Source: an uncultured Gemmatimonadaceae bacterium | GTDB lineage: Bacteria; Gemmatimonadota; Gemmatimonadetes; Gemmatimonadales; Gemmatimonadaceae | Direction: 5' to 3' | DNA length: 64,000 nt | NCBI GenBank assembly: GCA_963761305.1 | Contig: CAVXGK010000002.1 | Span: 64,001 to 128,000 of the forward strand | In this document: in pieces, positions 27,212 through 37,130 of the stretch | Position numbering within the stretch: the first letter of the stretch is position 1 | How the letters are laid out: each line of letters begins with the position of its first letter | Notes under the pieces: generated by a model | Told to the model about the DNA's origin: nothing | Seen by the model: the letters and a program-made list of their open reading frames with translations, nothing else | Databases searched by the model: none | Position numbers and translations under genes: made by a program

Positions 27212-28504
27212 CTAGGCGACCCCGGTTCGCATGGCGCGAATGACGCGGTCCGCGAACAGGTCCACTTCGTCCACCGTCGTATAGACGTTCGGCGTGATGC
27301 GCATGCCGGAGAACTCGTCGTTCACCATCGGCGTGGTCACGATGTTGTGCTTGGACAGAAGCCATCCGCCGAGCTTGCCCATGTCCATCCCGTCGATGCC
27401 GAAGACCCCGATCGCGCCGCTCTTCGTCGGGCCGATCTCGGTGATCATCTTCACGCGATCGCTGGCGGCGAGCAGCTGCTTCGCCCACCGGTCTCGCAGG
27501 TAGCGAAGCCGCGCGATCTTGCGGTCGATGCCGATCCCGCGATGGAACGCGACCGCGACGGCGATGGCGTTGTGATTCGCCGCCGGGTGCGTGCCGATCT
27601 CCTCGTATTTACGAATGTCGGCGTCCTGCTCGGCTGCGGCCGCCATGAGCGGCCAGAGCGACTTGATCTTGTCGCGTCGCACATAGAGGAACCCGGTGCC
27701 GATCGGCGCGTGCAGCCACTTGTGGAGACTCGTTCCATAGTAATCGGCGCCGAGCTCGTCGCGCGTGAACGGGAAGTGGGCGAACGCGTGTGCTCCGTCG
27801 ACGAAAACGCGAATGCCTCTGGCATTCGCCAACTCGATGATCTCCTTCACGGGGGCGATGTAGCCCGTCATGAAACTGATGTGCATCACCTCGATCACTT
27901 TCGTACGCGGCGTGATCGCCGCGGCGATCTGGTCGACATACGACTTCGTGCTCTTGACCGGCGTCTCGATCTTCACGCGCTTGAGCACGACGCCGTCGCG
28001 CCGTTCGCGTTGGCGCCACGACGTCTGCATGCGCGGATAGTTCTGCGTCGTGAAGATCACTTCGTCACCGCGCTGGAGGTTGAGACCGAAGATCATGATC
28101 TCGTTCGCCTCCGACGCGTTGCGTGTGATCGCCATCTCCTCGGGGTCGCACGCGAACTCCTGCGCCAGATCGCGACGGACGGACTCGATGCGCGGCTCGA
28201 GCACGCGCCACATGTGATCGACCGGGAGCTCGTTCGAGAACCTCAAATCCCGGATCATCTGCTCGAGCACGTGCGTCGGCGCCGGACTGCACCCGCCGTT
28301 GTTCAGATTGACCATGGTTCGGTCGAGGTCGAACGCGCGCTGGATCTCCCTCCAGTACGTCTCGTCCTCGGCGACATTGACCGCCGCCCGGCCGGCGGCG
28401 ATGGGCTCGGCGTGGAACAGCTGGCGGAACGCGGACTGGCGCATGACGGGCAGGGACACGCCGGCGCCTAGCACCGAGGAGACGAACGATCGGCGAGTGG
28501 GCAT
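27212..28504 (-). CDS. Class V PLP-dependent aminotransferase-family protein, Tat-exported
   Basis: TRRSF Tat motif; VDGAHA; SLHKW PLP lysine. Confidence 0.88.
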   Translation of the reverse strand: MPTRRSFVSSVLGAGVSLPVMRQSAFRQLFHAEPIAAGRAAVNVAEDETYWREIQRAFDLDRTMVNLNNGGCSPAPTHVLEQMIRDLRFSNELPVDHMWRVLEPRIESVRRDLAQEFACDPEEMAITRNASEANEIMIFGLNLQRGDEVIFTTQNYPRMQTSWRQRERRDGVVLKRVKIETPVKSTKSYVDQIAAAITPRTKVIEVMHISFMTGYIAPVKEIIELANARGIRVFVDGAHAFAHFPFTRDELGADYYGTSLHKWLHAPIGTGFLYVRRDKIKSLWPLMAAAAEQDADIRKYEEIGTHPAANHNAIAVAVAFHRGIGIDRKIARLRYLRDRWAKQLLAASDRVKMITEIGPTKSGAIGVFGIDGMDMGKLGGWLLSKHNIVTTPMVNDEFSGMRITPNVYTTVDEVDLFADRVIRAMRTGVA

Positions 28505-28621
28505 GCGAAGGACGATCCGCCCTTTTCTGCGTCCGGTCAAGGGCTGACGGCGGGTGCGCTGATGCTAAAGTCTCGCCCTCGCAGCGATCGCTATTAGGCC
28601 AAGTCCGTTGGCGGTTAGCCA

Positions 28622-29584
28622 TCAGTGGCACTTGCCGCCGGCCTGGTCCCAGACCCTGCCGCCGACCTCGATCCACGCCGACCGCCACTCCTTGTCGCCG
28701 AACGTCAGCACGAGTACTCCGGGCCGGCCTTCGATGCGGTAGGCGGAGTTCTTGTTGATGTCGCCGAATCCCCGCAGCTCTTCGCCGCCGGTGCCGGCGA
28801 CGATCTCCGTGATGCCCTTGGCCGAGTCGAGGACTCCGACCGGAGTCATCGGGAGGAATCGCTCGTAGTCGTGGTCGTGCCCGTTGAGCACGAGGTCGAC
28901 GTCGTTGTTGTAGAGGATCGCCCACAGCGGCGCGAACCTCGGGTCGTTGCCGTGCCAGCCCGAGCTGAACAGCGGATTGTGCCAGTACGCGACGGTGCAA
29001 AACGTCTTGTGCTTCTTCAGGTCACTTTCGACCCACTTCAGCTGTTCCGTGCGGGCCGAGTCGTCGAATTCGTTGCTGACGAACAGCTCGCTGTTGACCA
29101 CGACGGCGTGCCACTTACCGATGTCGTAGCTGTAGTAGCCCTTGCCGACGACGCCGGCGGCGGGGCCGAAGTACTTGTAGTACGGGTCGGCCCCCGGCGT
29201 GTAGTACTCGTGGTTGCCCGGGCTCGGATGGAGGCTCTTCATGACGCGGAGCTTGGGATTTCCCCACGACGGCGTGAAGCATCTCTCGAATTGCTCCGTC
29301 GTCCCCGACGAATACACGTTGTCGCCGAGCGTGAAGACCGATGCATCCACCTTGGCGACGCTGTCGGCGCGCAGGATGCTGTCGACGAGCATCGCCGTTT
29401 CGACGCCGACCCGCTGCGAGCAGCTCGCGATGTCGCCCACGCCGACGAACATGGTCGCGCCTGTGAGCGCCACCTGCTCGGCGGGCGCCGCGGCCGCCGG
29501 CGGCGTGATGTGCAACGACGGCTTGCACTGGATCAGAAGACACAGCGCGAAAAAAACGCAAGCGACGCGCGGGAGACGATCCAT
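28622..29584 (-). CDS. Calcineurin-like metallophosphoesterase (purple acid phosphatase-like), exported
   Basis: GD, GDNVY, GNHEY, WHNP, GHDH motifs; lipoprotein-like signal (LIQC). Confidence 0.88.
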   Translation of the reverse strand: MDRLPRVACVFFALCLLIQCKPSLHITPPAAAAPAEQVALTGATMFVGVGDIASCSQRVGVETAMLVDSILRADSVAKVDASVFTLGDNVYSSGTTEQFERCFTPSWGNPKLRVMKSLHPSPGNHEYYTPGADPYYKYFGPAAGVVGKGYYSYDIGKWHAVVVNSELFVSNEFDDSARTEQLKWVESDLKKHKTFCTVAYWHNPLFSSGWHGNDPRFAPLWAILYNNDVDLVLNGHDHDYERFLPMTPVGVLDSAKGITEIVAGTGGEELRGFGDINKNSAYRIEGRPGVLVLTFGDKEWRSAWIEVGGRVWDQAGGKCH

Positions 29585-29592
29585 CCTTGCCG

Positions 29593-32319
29593 TTAGAAGC
29601 TCAGTCCGAGTCGAAGTTGAACGCCATGCTTTTCTCCCCCGGTCTCGATGAGGCTGAGGGTCTGTGGGCCATATATGCGTCCTATCCAGATACCTCCGCC
29701 GGCGGTGGAATGCCAGCCGCCAGGCGAGGACCCGTCGACGTACACTCGGGCCGCCTCGGCGACGCCGGTGACGCCGCCTCGCACGGGGATGATGAATCTG
29801 AAATGCGTGAGCGGCACCAGCAGTTCGGAGGTCGCGTACAGCGAGCCGTCGCCGGCGTAGCGCTGCGCGTCGATGAATTGCGTGCTATTGTCGCCGCCGA
29901 TCGTCGCCGCCTCGAAAAACGGGAAATTCCCCCAGAGTTTCTGGCCGCCGGTGCGGAACGTCAGCGTGGGGCTGGTGAGAATCGGCAACTGAATCGCCGC
30001 GTTGAACGTCAGCGACGCTTTGCCGAACGTCGAGCGGACGTCCATCATCGCCGGATAGACGCCGGCCTTGGCCAACACGAGGTAGTGGTCCGCCGGCGTG
30101 ACCGAATCGATGCGCCCCGGATCGCGGTCGTACTTCGCCGCGAGCTGCAGCGCGCCCTCGTTGAACGTGCCGAGCCCATACGGATGGCTCAGACCGAGGA
30201 ACGGGCTCCGCGCGCTGTCTGTCGTCGTGTTCTGGAACACCGGACCGAGCGTCACGTCGCTCCACTGACCGATGGCGAATCCGACCACGGGGCTGACCAC
30301 GAATTGACGCTGGTGCACGTCGAAGAAACTGGAAGGGAAGAGGGGATCGACCGTCGTCGCGTTCCCAAATCCGAAAAAGTTGACGTACTGCAAGTCCGAC
30401 ACGCGGGTGAACAGGCCGGCGTGCACCGGTGACGCCTCGAAGCGCTTGTCAGCGAGCAGTGCCACGCGCGCACCGTTGAACTGGGTCGCGTATTCCGCGT
30501 CGACGCGCAGCATCGACGAGTACGGCCGATCCAGGAACCCGTAGGCGTACCGCGTGAAACCGAGGAGCGGGGTCAAGCCGAGCGTGCGCGGATCATTCAG
30601 CCCGACGTGCGGGAGGACGTCCGCGCCGTCGTTCGGAACCGCCGGACGGAGTTTTCCTTTTCGCTCTTCCCATGGCAGGCGCACGAACAGGGTATCCATC
30701 CCGTACGAGATGCCGCTCGTCGGACCCTTGTCGTAGAAGTGCGTCGGACGTTTGTCGCCGCTCACCGTCGACGAATCGACAAGCGTGTTGTTGCCGTTTC
30801 CGCCGATCACCCGCACGAGAATGCTCTCGTCGGCGTGGCCGGTGACGATCGCCGTGTCGTCGCCGCCGTGCAGATAGACGCGAATCTCGCGCGTCTCATC
30901 CGGACGGAAGCGGCGCGAGTAGAACGTCGTGCCGCCGGACTCGAGGCGAACGTCGACCGAGCCGTCACGCTCGCGGACGATCGTTGCGCGATCCGCCGAG
31001 TCGGTGCCGTTCACCTGGACGCGCCTGGCGAGATCGCGATAGTACTGGTCGGCCGCCTTGGGGATCGCGGCGCGCCGTTTTTTCAGAATGGCCTCGAGGC
31101 GCGGCGCGGTCGAGCTGAACTCCGGCGGCATCGCCAACGCGGCCGCGTGAATCACGGAGTCCGTGACCCGCCTTTGTAGATCGCGAGCTACCGAGTCCCA
31201 GGCCGGTTTTTCCAATCCCGACAACAGTCGCTGGTCGATGTCGTTCGGGAACGTGAGTCCGGGGACATCAGGTGTGCCGGTGAACCCCACGACATTCGGC
31301 CGCACCACCCGCGCCGCCTTGCCGACGACGCCCTCGTAGGCGACGAACGCGTGGTCGCGGTCGCGCGCGATCGGCTCCCATTCGGTCTTCTGGCCCGACG
31401 GGAAGCGAGCCCATTTCCACTGGCCCGCGTGGCGATCGTTGTCGTTGATGAGAAAATCGGTGAGGCGCGCCATCAGAAAGGCGCGCGCGTCGACGTGCTC
31501 CTTCGGGTCGGTGTTGAGCAGTTTCACCAGATCCGGACTGTCGATGATCTTCGATGCGCCGGCGAACCCGGTACGGTCGGCGTCGTCCTTCTCGTCTTTC
31601 TTGTCCTTGCCGCCCTTCGCGGCCGCCCCGGCCGGTTTTTTCTCGGCACCCTTGCCGGCTTTGGGCTCCTCGCTCTTGTCGTCCTTCGGCACGTTGGGGA
31701 ACCGTTCCATGTCGCCCAGCTTGCCCGCGAAATCTTTCCGAAAATTTCCGAGTGCCGGGTCGTTCGGCATGACCATCAGCATCGCGGTCGCATGGAGAAC
31801 GCCGGCCGCCTCGACGATCGGCACCGCGATCTCCGCGGACGCCGGGTGCTCGGCGCTCACCAGGTCCTGAAGAACGTGTTGGACCGGTGTGCCCCGAAAC
31901 TCGGATGGGAGGCCGCTGGGCTTTTTGTCGACGAGACGAAACACCCACTCGTCGCCGTTCGCCGCCTCGAGACGCAGACTCTTCGTCTGCATCCCGCCGC
32001 CTTCTTTCACCACGCGGAGACCGCCGGGCACGAACGTTTGGAGACTCAGAACGGGCACGCGGATCGGCGTCATCCAGAGGTCCCGGTACGCGTCGCCGTC
32101 GAACCAGCGCGTGACGCCGTCGCCGTGATAGCGCGCGCCCGCTGCGACGCTCGCGCTTTCGCCCACCGCCGCCGGCCCGAGCGAAACCTTCATCCTGGTC
32201 GACACCGTTGTTTCCGGTGTCGGTTGCTGCAGAGCTACGGCGAGGGACGGAAACGCGAGAACGATCGGCAACGCGCGGATGACGCCGCGCAACCACAGAC
32301 GTTGTCTGACTTCACGCAT
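29593..32319 (-). CDS. Omp85/BamA-TamA-like outer membrane protein with N-terminal atypical kinase-like domain (paralog 2)
   Basis: Signal peptide; GGGMQTKSL, FRLVDK, DFLINDNDRHAGQW, PIARDRDHAF; C-terminal barrel ending LRLGLSF. Confidence 0.72.
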   Translation of the reverse strand: MREVRQRLWLRGVIRALPIVLAFPSLAVALQQPTPETTVSTRMKVSLGPAAVGESASVAAGARYHGDGVTRWFDGDAYRDLWMTPIRVPVLSLQTFVPGGLRVVKEGGGMQTKSLRLEAANGDEWVFRLVDKKPSGLPSEFRGTPVQHVLQDLVSAEHPASAEIAVPIVEAAGVLHATAMLMVMPNDPALGNFRKDFAGKLGDMERFPNVPKDDKSEEPKAGKGAEKKPAGAAAKGGKDKKDEKDDADRTGFAGASKIIDSPDLVKLLNTDPKEHVDARAFLMARLTDFLINDNDRHAGQWKWARFPSGQKTEWEPIARDRDHAFVAYEGVVGKAARVVRPNVVGFTGTPDVPGLTFPNDIDQRLLSGLEKPAWDSVARDLQRRVTDSVIHAAALAMPPEFSSTAPRLEAILKKRRAAIPKAADQYYRDLARRVQVNGTDSADRATIVRERDGSVDVRLESGGTTFYSRRFRPDETREIRVYLHGGDDTAIVTGHADESILVRVIGGNGNNTLVDSSTVSGDKRPTHFYDKGPTSGISYGMDTLFVRLPWEERKGKLRPAVPNDGADVLPHVGLNDPRTLGLTPLLGFTRYAYGFLDRPYSSMLRVDAEYATQFNGARVALLADKRFEASPVHAGLFTRVSDLQYVNFFGFGNATTVDPLFPSSFFDVHQRQFVVSPVVGFAIGQWSDVTLGPVFQNTTTDSARSPFLGLSHPYGLGTFNEGALQLAAKYDRDPGRIDSVTPADHYLVLAKAGVYPAMMDVRSTFGKASLTFNAAIQLPILTSPTLTFRTGGQKLWGNFPFFEAATIGGDNSTQFIDAQRYAGDGSLYATSELLVPLTHFRFIIPVRGGVTGVAEAARVYVDGSSPGGWHSTAGGGIWIGRIYGPQTLSLIETGGEKHGVQLRLGLSF

Positions 32320-32331
32320 GCCATGTCCATA

Positions 32332-34932
32332 TCAGAAGCTGAGACCAAGGCGTAGCTGAAGCCCGCGTTCCTCGCCAGTCGTTTGAACGAGGCTGAGTAT
32401 CTCTGAGCCATAGACTCGTCCTATCCAGACTCCGCCGCCGGTCGTCGAATGCCAGCCGTCGGGCGAGCTTCCCTTGTAGTACACGCGGCCGGACTCGGCG
32501 ACGCCGGTTACCCCCGCGCGTACCGGGATCAAGAGCATGAACCGAGCGAGTGGGACGTACAACTCCGAAGTGCCGTAGAGCGAGGCGTCCCCGGCGTACC
32601 GCTGCGAGTGGATATACTGGGTCGTCTCGGTCCCGCCGAGCATGGCGGCTTCGTAGAACGGGAAATCGCCGAAGAGCTTCTTGCCGCCGGCGCGTGCCAC
32701 CAAGAGCGGACGGGTCGGCACGGGAATCTCGAACGACGCGCCGAGCGCAAGCGACGTTTTCTCGAACGGAGAGCGCACATCCCACATCGCCGGGTAATAG
32801 GCGCCTGTGGCTTGGACCAGGTACCTGTCCCGGACGAACGTCTGGTCTTCGCCCGGGGCCGGGACCCGCTCGTACTTCGCGTTCATCATCACTCCCGCTT
32901 GATCGAACGTGCCGAAACCGTAGGGGCGGGTCTGCGCCAGAAACGAGCTTCTCGCGCTGTCGACGACGGAATGCTGAACAACGGGTCCGAGCGAGATGTC
33001 GGTCCACGATCCGAGCGAGAGCCCAACGGCGGGATTCAGCAACCACTGGCGCTGGTGGACGTCGAAGAACGAGTCCGGGTGCCCGTCGTCGCTCGTCGCG
33101 TTGCCGAAGCCGTTGAACCCGACGACTTGAATATCCGACACTCGCCCGAGCGCGGTGAAATGAAGAGGCGACGACTCGAAGCGTCGATCCATCGACACGC
33201 GGACGAGCCCACCCTTGAACTCCGTCGCATACTCGCCTTCGACGGCGAGCGTCGACTCGTATGGGCGGTCGCGGAAGCCATAGGAGTAGCGCGTGAAGGC
33301 GAGCTTGGGCGTCAGTCCGAGGCGGTCGCTCGAGCTCAGGCCGGCGAAGGGAAGAATCGAGGTGCCGTAGTCCGGGAGCGGCGGGAGCAGCGTTCCGTAC
33401 CGATGCTCCCACGGAGTTCGCTCGAAGATGGTGTCGGGGCCGTATGACACGCCTTCCTTCGGCCCGGCGTCGTAGAATCGCGTCGGATGCCGCGAGCCGC
33501 CGACGGTCGACGAATCGACGAACCTGTTCGTTCCGCCGCCGCCGATGACGCGCACGAGAATACTCTGATCGACGTTCCCGGTCACGACCGCGGTGTCGTT
33601 GCCTCCGTGGAGATAGACGAGAATCTCGTGCGTTTCGTCCACGTCGAAGCGTCGCGAATAGAACGTGGTACCACCGGATTCGAGGCGAACGTCGACGAAC
33701 TTGCCGTTCACGCGCTGGATCGCGGCGGCGTCCGAGGAATCGGTGCCGTGCACCTCGACGCGCTCGGCCAGGAGTCGATAGTAGTCGTCCGCGGCCTGGG
33801 GGATGGCGGCGCGCCGGCGCTTGAGGATTGCTTCGGTCTTCGGTGCCGACGCGCGATACTCGGGCGGCATCGCGAGCATGGCGGCATGGATCACCGAGTC
33901 CGTGATTCGCGCCTGAATCGCCTGCGCCACGGAGTCCCATACGGGCTTCGGCAAATCGGACAGCAGTCGCTGGTCGAGGTCGTTCGGCGATATCAACCCC
34001 GGCACGCTGACGGTGCCGTTGAACTTGACGACGCTGGCGCGAATTCGCCGGCCGATTGCGTCAATGAAACCGTCGTACGACACGAAGGCGTGGTCGCGGT
34101 CTCGGGCGATCGGTTCCCACTCGTGCTTCGACTCGCCCTCGATGCGGGCCCACTTCCACTGGTGTGAGCCGCGATCGTTGTCGTTGATCAAGAAATCGGT
34201 GAGACGCGCCGCGAGGAACGTCCGGGCGTCCACGTGATCTTTCGGGTTCGTCTCGAGTTCGTGCAGCAACTCGGGACTCTCGATGATCTTGGTGGCGCCG
34301 CCGAACCCCGTCCCCTCTTTCGGCGACTTCGGCAGCTCTTCGATCATGCCGAGCCGCCCGGCGAATTCGGTCCGGAATTGACCCAAGGTGGAGTCGTCGG
34401 GCATCACGACGATCTGCGCCACGGGGTGCAGAATGCCGGCGGCTTCGACGATCGGGGCCGCGAGCTCCGCGGCGGCGGGATGCATCGCGCTCACCTGATC
34501 CTGGAAGAAACCGTTCAGCGGAGACTTTCGCACCTCGGGCGGGGCGCCGCTGGCGGTCTTGTCGACGTTGCGGAACACGAACTCGCGACCGTCCGCCGCG
34601 TCGAACTGCAGCGTCTTCGTCTGCATCCCGCCGCCGGTTTTGGTCGGGGTGAGTCCGCCCGCATACGACTTGAGGTCGAGCACGGGAACGTGGATCGGCG
34701 TCGTCCACAGATCGCGGTAGAGATCGCCCGACAACCATCGCATGAAATCGTCAGCTCGATATCGCGCGCCAGCCGCCCGAGTGACGGTGTCAGTGCCGGG
34801 AGTGGGCGCGGCAAGGGAGCCGTTGGCTTGCTTCGGGTGCGGCTGTTGAAGAGCGAGCGCCGGAGTCCAAATCGCGCCGATGATCGACGCGACCCCGAGC
34901 ACGCTGCTGAGCCGTGCGGAAATGGGGGGCAT
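32332..34932 (-). CDS. Omp85/BamA-TamA-like outer membrane protein with N-terminal atypical kinase-like domain (paralog 1)
   Basis: Collinear with the downstream paralog; GGGMQTKTL, FRNVDK, DFLINDNDRGSHQW, PIARDRDHAF; ends LRLGLSF. Confidence 0.72.
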   Translation of the reverse strand: MPPISARLSSVLGVASIIGAIWTPALALQQPHPKQANGSLAAPTPGTDTVTRAAGARYRADDFMRWLSGDLYRDLWTTPIHVPVLDLKSYAGGLTPTKTGGGMQTKTLQFDAADGREFVFRNVDKTASGAPPEVRKSPLNGFFQDQVSAMHPAAAELAAPIVEAAGILHPVAQIVVMPDDSTLGQFRTEFAGRLGMIEELPKSPKEGTGFGGATKIIESPELLHELETNPKDHVDARTFLAARLTDFLINDNDRGSHQWKWARIEGESKHEWEPIARDRDHAFVSYDGFIDAIGRRIRASVVKFNGTVSVPGLISPNDLDQRLLSDLPKPVWDSVAQAIQARITDSVIHAAMLAMPPEYRASAPKTEAILKRRRAAIPQAADDYYRLLAERVEVHGTDSSDAAAIQRVNGKFVDVRLESGGTTFYSRRFDVDETHEILVYLHGGNDTAVVTGNVDQSILVRVIGGGGTNRFVDSSTVGGSRHPTRFYDAGPKEGVSYGPDTIFERTPWEHRYGTLLPPLPDYGTSILPFAGLSSSDRLGLTPKLAFTRYSYGFRDRPYESTLAVEGEYATEFKGGLVRVSMDRRFESSPLHFTALGRVSDIQVVGFNGFGNATSDDGHPDSFFDVHQRQWLLNPAVGLSLGSWTDISLGPVVQHSVVDSARSSFLAQTRPYGFGTFDQAGVMMNAKYERVPAPGEDQTFVRDRYLVQATGAYYPAMWDVRSPFEKTSLALGASFEIPVPTRPLLVARAGGKKLFGDFPFYEAAMLGGTETTQYIHSQRYAGDASLYGTSELYVPLARFMLLIPVRAGVTGVAESGRVYYKGSSPDGWHSTTGGGVWIGRVYGSEILSLVQTTGEERGLQLRLGLSF

Positions 34933-34933
34933 C

Positions 34934-35839
34934 CTACGGCCATTTATAAAGTGTGATCTTGCCCAGGTCAGCGCCGCCCTCGTCGCTGATGATCAGGATG
35001 CTGTCCTTCGTGATCACGACGCCTTCTGGCTGCGCGTGGTCCGGAGGCAGCGCGTGCGCCAGCACCGGCACGCCGGCCGGCGTGATCTCGATCAGACCTC
35101 GTTCCTTCGACGCGATCAGCACGTAGTCGCCCGTGAACGGGTCGATGGTGATGTCCGACGGATGGAATGCCTTCCAGTTGTTCGTGCCTCGCAGGCTGTC
35201 GAGCGGCACCACGAGGCGCGACAACCGGTCCGCCTTCCGTGCGTCGAGGCGCCAGCGGTAGATGACGACGGCGTTGGCCGCGGTCGAGTCGAGGACGTGT
35301 TTGCACGCCAGGAGCAATGAGTTGATCGACCGGTCGTAGGCGACGCCCTCGAACTCGCAGGTGTCCTTGAGCTTCGTGTCGTGTTCGACGTAGCCGACGT
35401 CCGCGTGGTTGGCGCCCTCGTGGAACTCGTAGAGCTTGCCCTTGCTCGTCAGCAGGTACAGCACGCTGTCGACGACGGCGATGCCTTCGAAGTCGCCCTT
35501 TACCCCGCCTTGTCCGAGCGCGAATCGCTTGACGAGAATGCCGCGGCGGTAGTCGAGCTCCCAGACCTTGCCGATCTCGTCGCTCTCGGCGAGGAGACGT
35601 CCGTCCTTCGTGAGCGCGAGACCCGAGATCTCACGGAGCTCGCGCGGCATGATCCATCGGGCGAGCGGCGCATCGTGCCAGGATCCAGTGTCGGGTTGGG
35701 CGAGCGAGCGTGCGAGTCGGTTCTCACGCGCGAGCGCGGTCGGGCTGGTGTCCAGCGACGCCAGATCGTCAGGCGATCTGTGGCACGCGGACGCCGTAAG
35801 GCACATGGCGAACCACGCGATGCGCCCGGCGGCCGTCAT
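34934..35839 (-). CDS. SdiA-regulated/YjiK-like beta-propeller lipoprotein
   Basis: ATGA overlap with the upstream gene; lipobox ASAC; LREISGL, DFEGIA, EFEGVA, QPEG, ISDEG motifs. Confidence 0.8.
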   Translation of the reverse strand: MTAAGRIAWFAMCLTASACHRSPDDLASLDTSPTALARENRLARSLAQPDTGSWHDAPLARWIMPRELREISGLALTKDGRLLAESDEIGKVWELDYRRGILVKRFALGQGGVKGDFEGIAVVDSVLYLLTSKGKLYEFHEGANHADVGYVEHDTKLKDTCEFEGVAYDRSINSLLLACKHVLDSTAANAVVIYRWRLDARKADRLSRLVVPLDSLRGTNNWKAFHPSDITIDPFTGDYVLIASKERGLIEITPAGVPVLAHALPPDHAQPEGVVITKDSILIISDEGGADLGKITLYKWP

Positions 35840-36963
35840 CCATCGCTCCCTTTCTCCCGCTGCTTGCGGGCCTGTCGCTCTTCGCCGCGCTCCTTGTCGA
35901 TCGCATCGCCGACTTCGATGTCGACATTGGAGATCGATCCGTTCGCGGTGGCGCGGATCGCCGTGACCATCGCGTCGCGCGGCACCGACTTGCGCGTGTG
36001 CACGAGGTAGTAGATCTCCGACGGCTTGCCCTTGTTGTTCACGACTTCGTCGAGCTTCCAGCGCTTCGTCACCGCGGCCAGCGCGGGCTCGACGTTCTTC
36101 TGCGCCTCGGAGACCTCGCTCGTCGTCACCGCGACGACCGCGTCGAACTTGGGTTTCTTGCCCTTGGTCCCGAGGATTCGCTGCACGCGCTCGAATCGTT
36201 CGGCGAGCGCCTCGGCTTTTTTCGGCGTCAGCGCGAGCACCAGGTCGCGGTCCGGAACCGGAACGCCCCCGTGATCCGTCCCGGCGAGGTCGTGCAACGG
36301 CTCGGCCCACGTCGCGCCGGCGGTCGGCTCGAGCGGCGGTCGCCCGAAGTCGTAGCGCCACAACAGCACGAGCACGAAGTTGAACAGCACGGTCAGCAGC
36401 AGCGCGACGACGATCACCTGGACGCCGGCGGCGAAGCCGACCACGATCGCCAGAAAGATGTAGACGATGTCGCGCGTGTCGCTCATGTTCGCGCGGAACC
36501 GGACGGCGGCAACGATACCGCCGAGGCTGAACGCCAGCGCAAGACTGTTGCGGACGATGAGGACTACGCCGGCGACGATCATCGGCAGCACGATCAATGC
36601 TTGCACGACCGATTGGTTGTAGCCGCGCCCCCATCGCGCCGACATGTAGACCCAGGTCACGGGCAACATGAGCACGAACGTGCTGAGGAAAACGAAGAGC
36701 GTGCTCGCGGCGAACTCGACGCGGGACTGGATGCTGGCGGCGGGGGCCTGAACCTGCCCGGCAACAAGCCCGTCCTGAAGGAACGACGGTGTCTTGGCCA
36801 GCTCCACGAGGCGGTCGCCGGACATGACGCTGTCGATCGACGGGAAGAACTTGTAGAGAATCAGGAACGCGAGCGCCACCGCCGCGTAGTACGCGACGAG
36901 TCGCCGGATGGGTGCGTCCGACCCTAGCGTGATGTAGTTGATGAGACGGGTGAAGAATCTCAT
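35836..36963 (-). CDS. DUF4956-like inner membrane protein
   Basis: Multiple TMs; NSLALAFSLGGIVAAVRFR...DTRDIVYIF signature; ACT-like C-terminus. Confidence 0.8.
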   Translation of the reverse strand: MRFFTRLINYITLGSDAPIRRLVAYYAAVALAFLILYKFFPSIDSVMSGDRLVELAKTPSFLQDGLVAGQVQAPAASIQSRVEFAASTLFVFLSTFVLMLPVTWVYMSARWGRGYNQSVVQALIVLPMIVAGVVLIVRNSLALAFSLGGIVAAVRFRANMSDTRDIVYIFLAIVVGFAAGVQVIVVALLLTVLFNFVLVLLWRYDFGRPPLEPTAGATWAEPLHDLAGTDHGGVPVPDRDLVLALTPKKAEALAERFERVQRILGTKGKKPKFDAVVAVTTSEVSEAQKNVEPALAAVTKRWKLDEVVNNKGKPSEIYYLVHTRKSVPRDAMVTAIRATANGSISNVDIEVGDAIDKERGEERQARKQREKGSDG

Positions 36964-37130
36964 AAATGATTGGGCGTGCGATCGCCTCCCGACGGGACGT
37001 CGAGCGGTCGCGTTTGCCATATTGCACGATCGGTACCAGCCTGGCGGACCCTGCACGCGAACCCGGTGCGCGGGGCTACTTTACGAGCACGGAAAAGCCG
37101 GACTCACCAGGCATGAGGGTCAGCCGCTCG

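Noticed and set aside
12360..28504. Beta-lactam pathway idea (amino acid ester hydrolase plus isopenicillin-epimerase-like enzyme)
   Set aside because: Genes are 13 kb apart in separate operons, belong to broad families, and no biosynthetic genes are present
34934..37027. 697-aa ORF appearing to fuse across the DUF4956 gene
   Set aside because: The N-terminal part is an off-frame shadow; the real lipoprotein begins at the ATGA overlap at 35839
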